From assembly GCF_009914755.1 (NCBI RefSeq), contig NC_060926.1: a DNA stretch of 64,000 bases, one strand, 5' to 3'. This document shows positions 58,708 through 64,000 of the stretch, in pieces. Each line of letters begins with the position of its first letter. Position 1 is the stretch's first letter. Under the pieces are notes generated by a model, which made no database searches, was not told the origin of the DNA, and saw only the letters and a program-made list of their open reading frames with translations. Made by a program: the position numbers and the translations under genes. This DNA comes from the human T2T-CHM13v2.0 reference genome, Homo sapiens.

Positions 58708-58950
58708 TAGAATGCAGTAATTAAGAGTATCAAATTTAGAGAAAGCCTTCTTACACTCAGATCTTCTTTTTCACCCTGACTGTGTAACCTTGGGAAAATT
58801 ACTTAATGTTTCTGCAGTTAAGATTCCTCATCTGTAAAATTAGGATTATGACAGCTGTAAGCTCATAAGGCCTTTGGGAGTATGAAGCAAAATAGATATT
58901 CAAACTACTCAGAGCAGTCCCTACAAGATAGGAGGTACTATAGCACTAGT
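58708..58950 (+). mobile_element. MIR
   Basis: CTGTGTAACCTTGGGAAAATTACTTAA...TTCCTCATCTGTAAAAT core. Confidence 0.8.
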
Positions 58951-59227
58951 TTTACTAACGCTGGCAAATAAAATTACTCTAAGGAAGAAATTAAAGTACT
59001 TAGTAACTTAGTGATAAGGATGGTGAAATGTAAAATTTTATTTATAAGACTATACAATTTAAAGTTGTTTGCCAAATGTAATAAGACAAGTAGAATATAT
59101 TCTCTTCAATGTTTTTATAATTTGACACTAAGAAGATTTTATTATATATGCAATTGCTGGTGGTTAGATATATGATACTTAAAATTTTCTAATTATCTAA
59201 TTATTTTTATTTTTAACAGGATAAAAT

Positions 59228-59381
59228 ATTAATCAACTTAAAGGACATTTCTAAGGAGATTGAATTCTAAAAGATTAATCTTTTAGACAATTCTAAAAGA
59301 TTAATCTTTTAGACAATTCTAAAAGATTAATTGAATTCTAAAAGATTAATCAACTTAAAGGACATTTCTAAGGAGATTGAA
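59228..59381. repeat. 37-bp direct repeats enclosing a 26-bp-period array of a perfect 22-bp palindrome
   Basis: Direct repeats at 59228-59264 and 59345-59381; TCTAAAAGATTAATCTTTTAGA at 59266-59287 and 59292-59313. Confidence 0.95.
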
Positions 59382-62300
59382 AAAGCATATATCTATAAAA
59401 TATGAAACAAGAAAATATCTACAAATGATAATTTATCAACTTTTTTTCCTGGAGGTAGCAAGAATAAATAAAATCTTATTTTCTATGCAAAACAGTGCTT
59501 TTAAATTAAAATTATTCACCTAGAATGTCTACAGATACTTTCTTCAGAGTCCTTTTTGTTAAGTAATCTAACATATTTTAAGATACTCTGATAAATACAT
59601 AAGCAGCAGAAAAAATATTTTATTAAAATTTATGTTTTCCAAACAATATCATTTAAAAGGCAAACCAAACATTATTTCAATTGGAAACTATATGAATGCC
59701 AAATACCCACATGTACAAAATATTCAGCTTTCTAAAGTAATGAAAATAATTATGATAATTTATATATCATATCTGTGATTCTTAGATTTTCAGATTATAC
59801 AACATCTTTTCCCAGATAAGGATTTAGTAAGAAGAGAAAAGGAAAAAACATTCACTTTTCATTCAAGCCAAATTAATTAATTTAATTAGGTGCTTTAGGG
59901 AATAATATTATTGCTCCAAAAATAGTATTAAGACAAACATAACATTCATTTTTTGTCCAAACAATATGATTTCTTCAAGTCAGCATGATTTAACATGAAG
60001 AATGGAAACAAAAAAATCACAAAATAGTAAGCTTTATGCACATCTAAAAATATAAAATTATGTTATTTGGCTTTATTTTTCTCTAAAATTCCAAAATAGA
60101 AAACTAGGAAAGAAGCAGCTAAGAGTGGTTTAAGACATGTGTTAGCTTCAATATGTTTTATATTATAGATCCCAGCAAGGAGATGATTGAGTTTAATACA
60201 TTGCTTGTGTGATCACAAGTAAATTTCTTTCAGAATTGTACTTCGTAGTAAGGAACAGAAACACCAAATGACATGGGAGATGGAATTTAAAATTAATTAT
60301 AAATTGGAACAGAGAGATTTAGTTTAAACAACTAAAATAATGGAAATAATTGGAAAGTCCATTACTTTTCAATAGTAGAATGAAATTATTTGCCTTTTAT
60401 TTAATATTTTTGGAAAAAATTAACTTATTTTTTTAACCGAAGCTACTCTGAATGCAGATATCTAAGAAATGAAGAGAATAATATGAGATGACTTACTTCT
60501 AAATCCCATTTTCTATTCTATTTCTAAATGTTGCAAATGGCTAACTAGAGCATTTTTATTCCTCTAGAAACAAAACATTCTTTTCCTTGACTTTGCCATG
60601 ATTTTCGCACATATTACTAGGTATTAAATGAAGGTCCATGAAACATCAATCTAAGAGCTTTAACTTTCAGTAGAATATATTGCTAACTATATTTTGTCAT
60701 GCATGGAATAATAAAGGAAGCTATACAAAACTATTTTTTTCAGCAAAGGTAACTAAGGTAGAAAAACAGAGAAAGGGCTAATTTTCAGCCACAAGTTTTT
60801 ACAGGAACTGACTTCTCAGGAGAGCCAAATTTATTTCAAGTGGATGTGAAATAAGTTATGGCAATAAATAAAGTTGCATTAATTCTTATTTTTTAAACAT
60901 TCCAACTCTCTTTTTTTTACTTAAAACAATATGACTTTCTAAAGTAAAACAAAACATACATGCACCATGTTGACTGTCATGTGCAGGTGAGAAGAGAAAA
61001 ATATTTTAAGAATATGATAATTTTTAAAATTGCACTAAAATAATCTTTATATTGAGGCCTCCGTGTTTTAAAAAGTACTATAATATGTTTCTAATAAAAT
61101 TTAGAAACAATAAGCTAAATAACAACGTTAATACTTATAACATTGCATTTGACCCAATTTTAACAAACTCATTTACAATTTTAATAAGTCAATATTGTGC
61201 TCATTTATTTAATAATTAGCAGAACAAATGGAAAGTACTGTATTTCTAATGATGTGAGGACACCCTTAATGAGACATAAACATAGGAGGATGAATACACA
61301 GGAGGGAAAAGTATTTATGTTAATTTCTAGGCAGATCAAGAACATATAGAAGATACTTAAAATAGGAAATGTTTGAGCCTAGCTTTAACTATTATCTTCA
61401 TTTGTCTTTAATATGCCTTTAGTATTCAATGGCTGTTTTTCATAATCCACGTGCTGTATTAAGTGTGAAAAGATATGCCTGATCCAGAGGCAATGAGCTA
61501 AAAGAATCATCTGTACAATCTAACAATGCTTTTGAGGATGGATCTGGAGGGCTTAAAATACACATTATTAATGGGAAAATCTTGGGCTGAAACTAATCTG
61601 TAGGAATATTTCATATAAAGTTGATTTGGAGAAAATTTTTAAGTGGTTCATTTTGAGAAAAGGAACCAATGTAATTACAGTGTTCCATGTAATTTTACTG
61701 CACAATCTTCCAAACCCAAATTTTCGGACCTTTTCTGCAGACTGGTGAACTTAGTACTTAAATATGAAACGCCAGTTCTGTCTAGAGAACAAAATGAGTT
61801 TAATGCATAGACTCACCTGTTATTACTCTTCACACCAATGTGTAAATGACTGTTTGCTCTTCTATTAAATATATTTTCCGTAACACCATTCAAATAGGCC
61901 TACTTCATTTCCACTGAGATAAGCATTTTGGTATTCAGCTTTTATATTCACTAAGAATTAAGAAATGCTGTTTTAAAAGCTTAGGAAATGTATATAGAAA
62001 ATATATCCCATGTTCTCATATATGTGTTTCAGACATAGGGGAGGAATTAGAATAAATTTTCTAAATAAACAAATTATTTGCCTACTTAAAATTGCAATTA
62101 AAAAATGAAGCTTTCCTTCGTTAGCTGTAAACTACATTGAGAAATTGTAACATAAAAAAGAATGGATTTTTAAAACTTCTTGAGTAGATCAAGTGTCTTG
62201 TACAATATCATTAAATTTGTATCAGAACACATAAATGGAAATGAGGTGGGGAAGCAATTGCAGTACTTTCTAGAGTCTAGGTTTTGAAATTCTTTTTGGT

Positions 62301-62467
62301 GAACATTTACTAAATCAGCTAAACATTTCAACTCATTTAAACACAAACCTAAATTATTATTACCCTAGACAGAGAGATGATATAGCAACGGGACCTCGAA
62401 AAGGTGATCTTTTGTGGCTGCATGTAGTGCCCAGATGGAAAAATCTTAGGACCACTAAAAGGCCTCT

Positions 62468-62485
62468 TGACCACTAGGCGGCAAA
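62468..62485 (+). promoter_or_regulatory. Predicted CTCF site in COL3A1 intron 1
   Basis: TGACCACTAGGCGGCAAA in a locally GC-richer patch of an AT-rich intron. Confidence 0.65.
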
Positions 62486-63549
62486 AACTAATTTTGAACT
62501 ACTTGCCTACTCGGTAGCAGGCCTCTTTCAATAGACATTTTAAATATCTTGGCTTTGAGAAAATAAAAATTTCACCATCTCACAAAAATATAAATTACCG
62601 AACAGTACATCATTTGTTGTTTGCAAAAATTTTTGCAGATGCTTAGAAACTTATTATTTATTTACTCAATTACTGGCAAACTATCATACTAATTGTCAAG
62701 AACTAAAGTTGTATTTAACCACAATACACAGCTAATGCCTTAAGAATTGAGACCAGGTTTTGTTTTGGCAATTCCTAAGCTGATTCATAGTTAATAGCTG
62801 CTGAAATTTCAGTACCTTGTATATAATTATGAAGCAAGTCTAAAATTTTGGTTGAAGCAATTTTTTTTACCATTTTAAGCCACAAATACAGATGGTTATG
62901 ATTCATATTTTCCCTATTATTTTTACTTATTCCTTGCCAATGTTTATTTTAAAAACATCTTTTTCTTTTCTTTTTGGTGATTTGGAAATGTCTTTACATC
63001 CATATGGGATATACAATATATTATGTCATATCATGTTGAGCTACTAATGCCAAATAGAGCTAACAGTGACGTTCAATACACATAATAAGTTCTGTTAAAA
63101 CTTTCCCAGGAAAATCTGGTAGAGTTTTATGCTGCCAAGATTAGCTCAGTTTTCCCCTGAATTTCTCAACTAGGTTAATAAAATCCAGAAAGTCTTCAGA
63201 GTTAGTGACAAAATCATCTCTTTAGTTTAATGCTCCCATCTGCTGTTAAGGCAAAGAATAGCAATTGGGTAGAAGAGCTTATTTTCAATGTTCCTTTAAT
63301 AAATAAATGTTTAAATGCTTGTGTGATATACATTGATGTTAATTCTTACTATAAATGAAATTAAAATATCTGCTGGTCTTAAGGAAAATTGACTATGGTG
63401 TGCCAATTTTATGTTAACAAGCAGATATGATATTTTAATTAATTTCTTGCTACTTAGCAAATTACATAGGGCAAGTATAATTTTCTAATGAAAGGAAGAA
63501 ATTATTTGTTTCAAACCTTTTCAACTTTGGCTATTGTTAATAGTCCTAA

Positions 63550-63894
<345 letters not shown>

Positions 63895-64000
63895 TAAAAG
63901 GGAGTGAAAGTCATGTTCATCAAATAGCCATGTTTGTATTACGAGTAAAAAGTGACCGTTTCAATTTAAAGATAAGGATTGGTTAGAATCTGGGTTACTA

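Overview
AT-rich primate, very likely human, genomic DNA containing the 5' end of COL3A1 (collagen type III alpha 1) on the + strand. It has a TATA-like box at 53253-53259, exon 1 at ~53283-53478 (ATG at 53400, signal peptide, collagen 5' stem-loop), a 10,138-bp intron 1 hosting the MIR1245A/B hairpin, and exon 2 at 63617-63819 (VWFC domain). The upstream ~41 kb is a nested pile of retroelements (L1, Alu, MaLR THE1/MST/MLT1, LTR12, MER50-like, MER21, L2, MIR) plus MER2; from ~41.3 kb on the sequence is mostly unique. Nearly all ORF-track entries are repeat-derived or chance ORFs, and the track misses the real COL3A1 exons. I found no convincing new gene system. The most unusual structures are a palindromic tandem insertion between 37-bp direct repeats in intron 1, a 35-bp inverted templated insertion in an old L1, two identical CTCF-like cores bracketing the promoter, a 238-bp diverged tandem duplication, an upstream ORF overlapping the COL3A1 start, and an in-frame cryptic acceptor before exon 2. 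Repeat subfamily names were recognised by eye and need RepeatMasker/Dfam confirmation.
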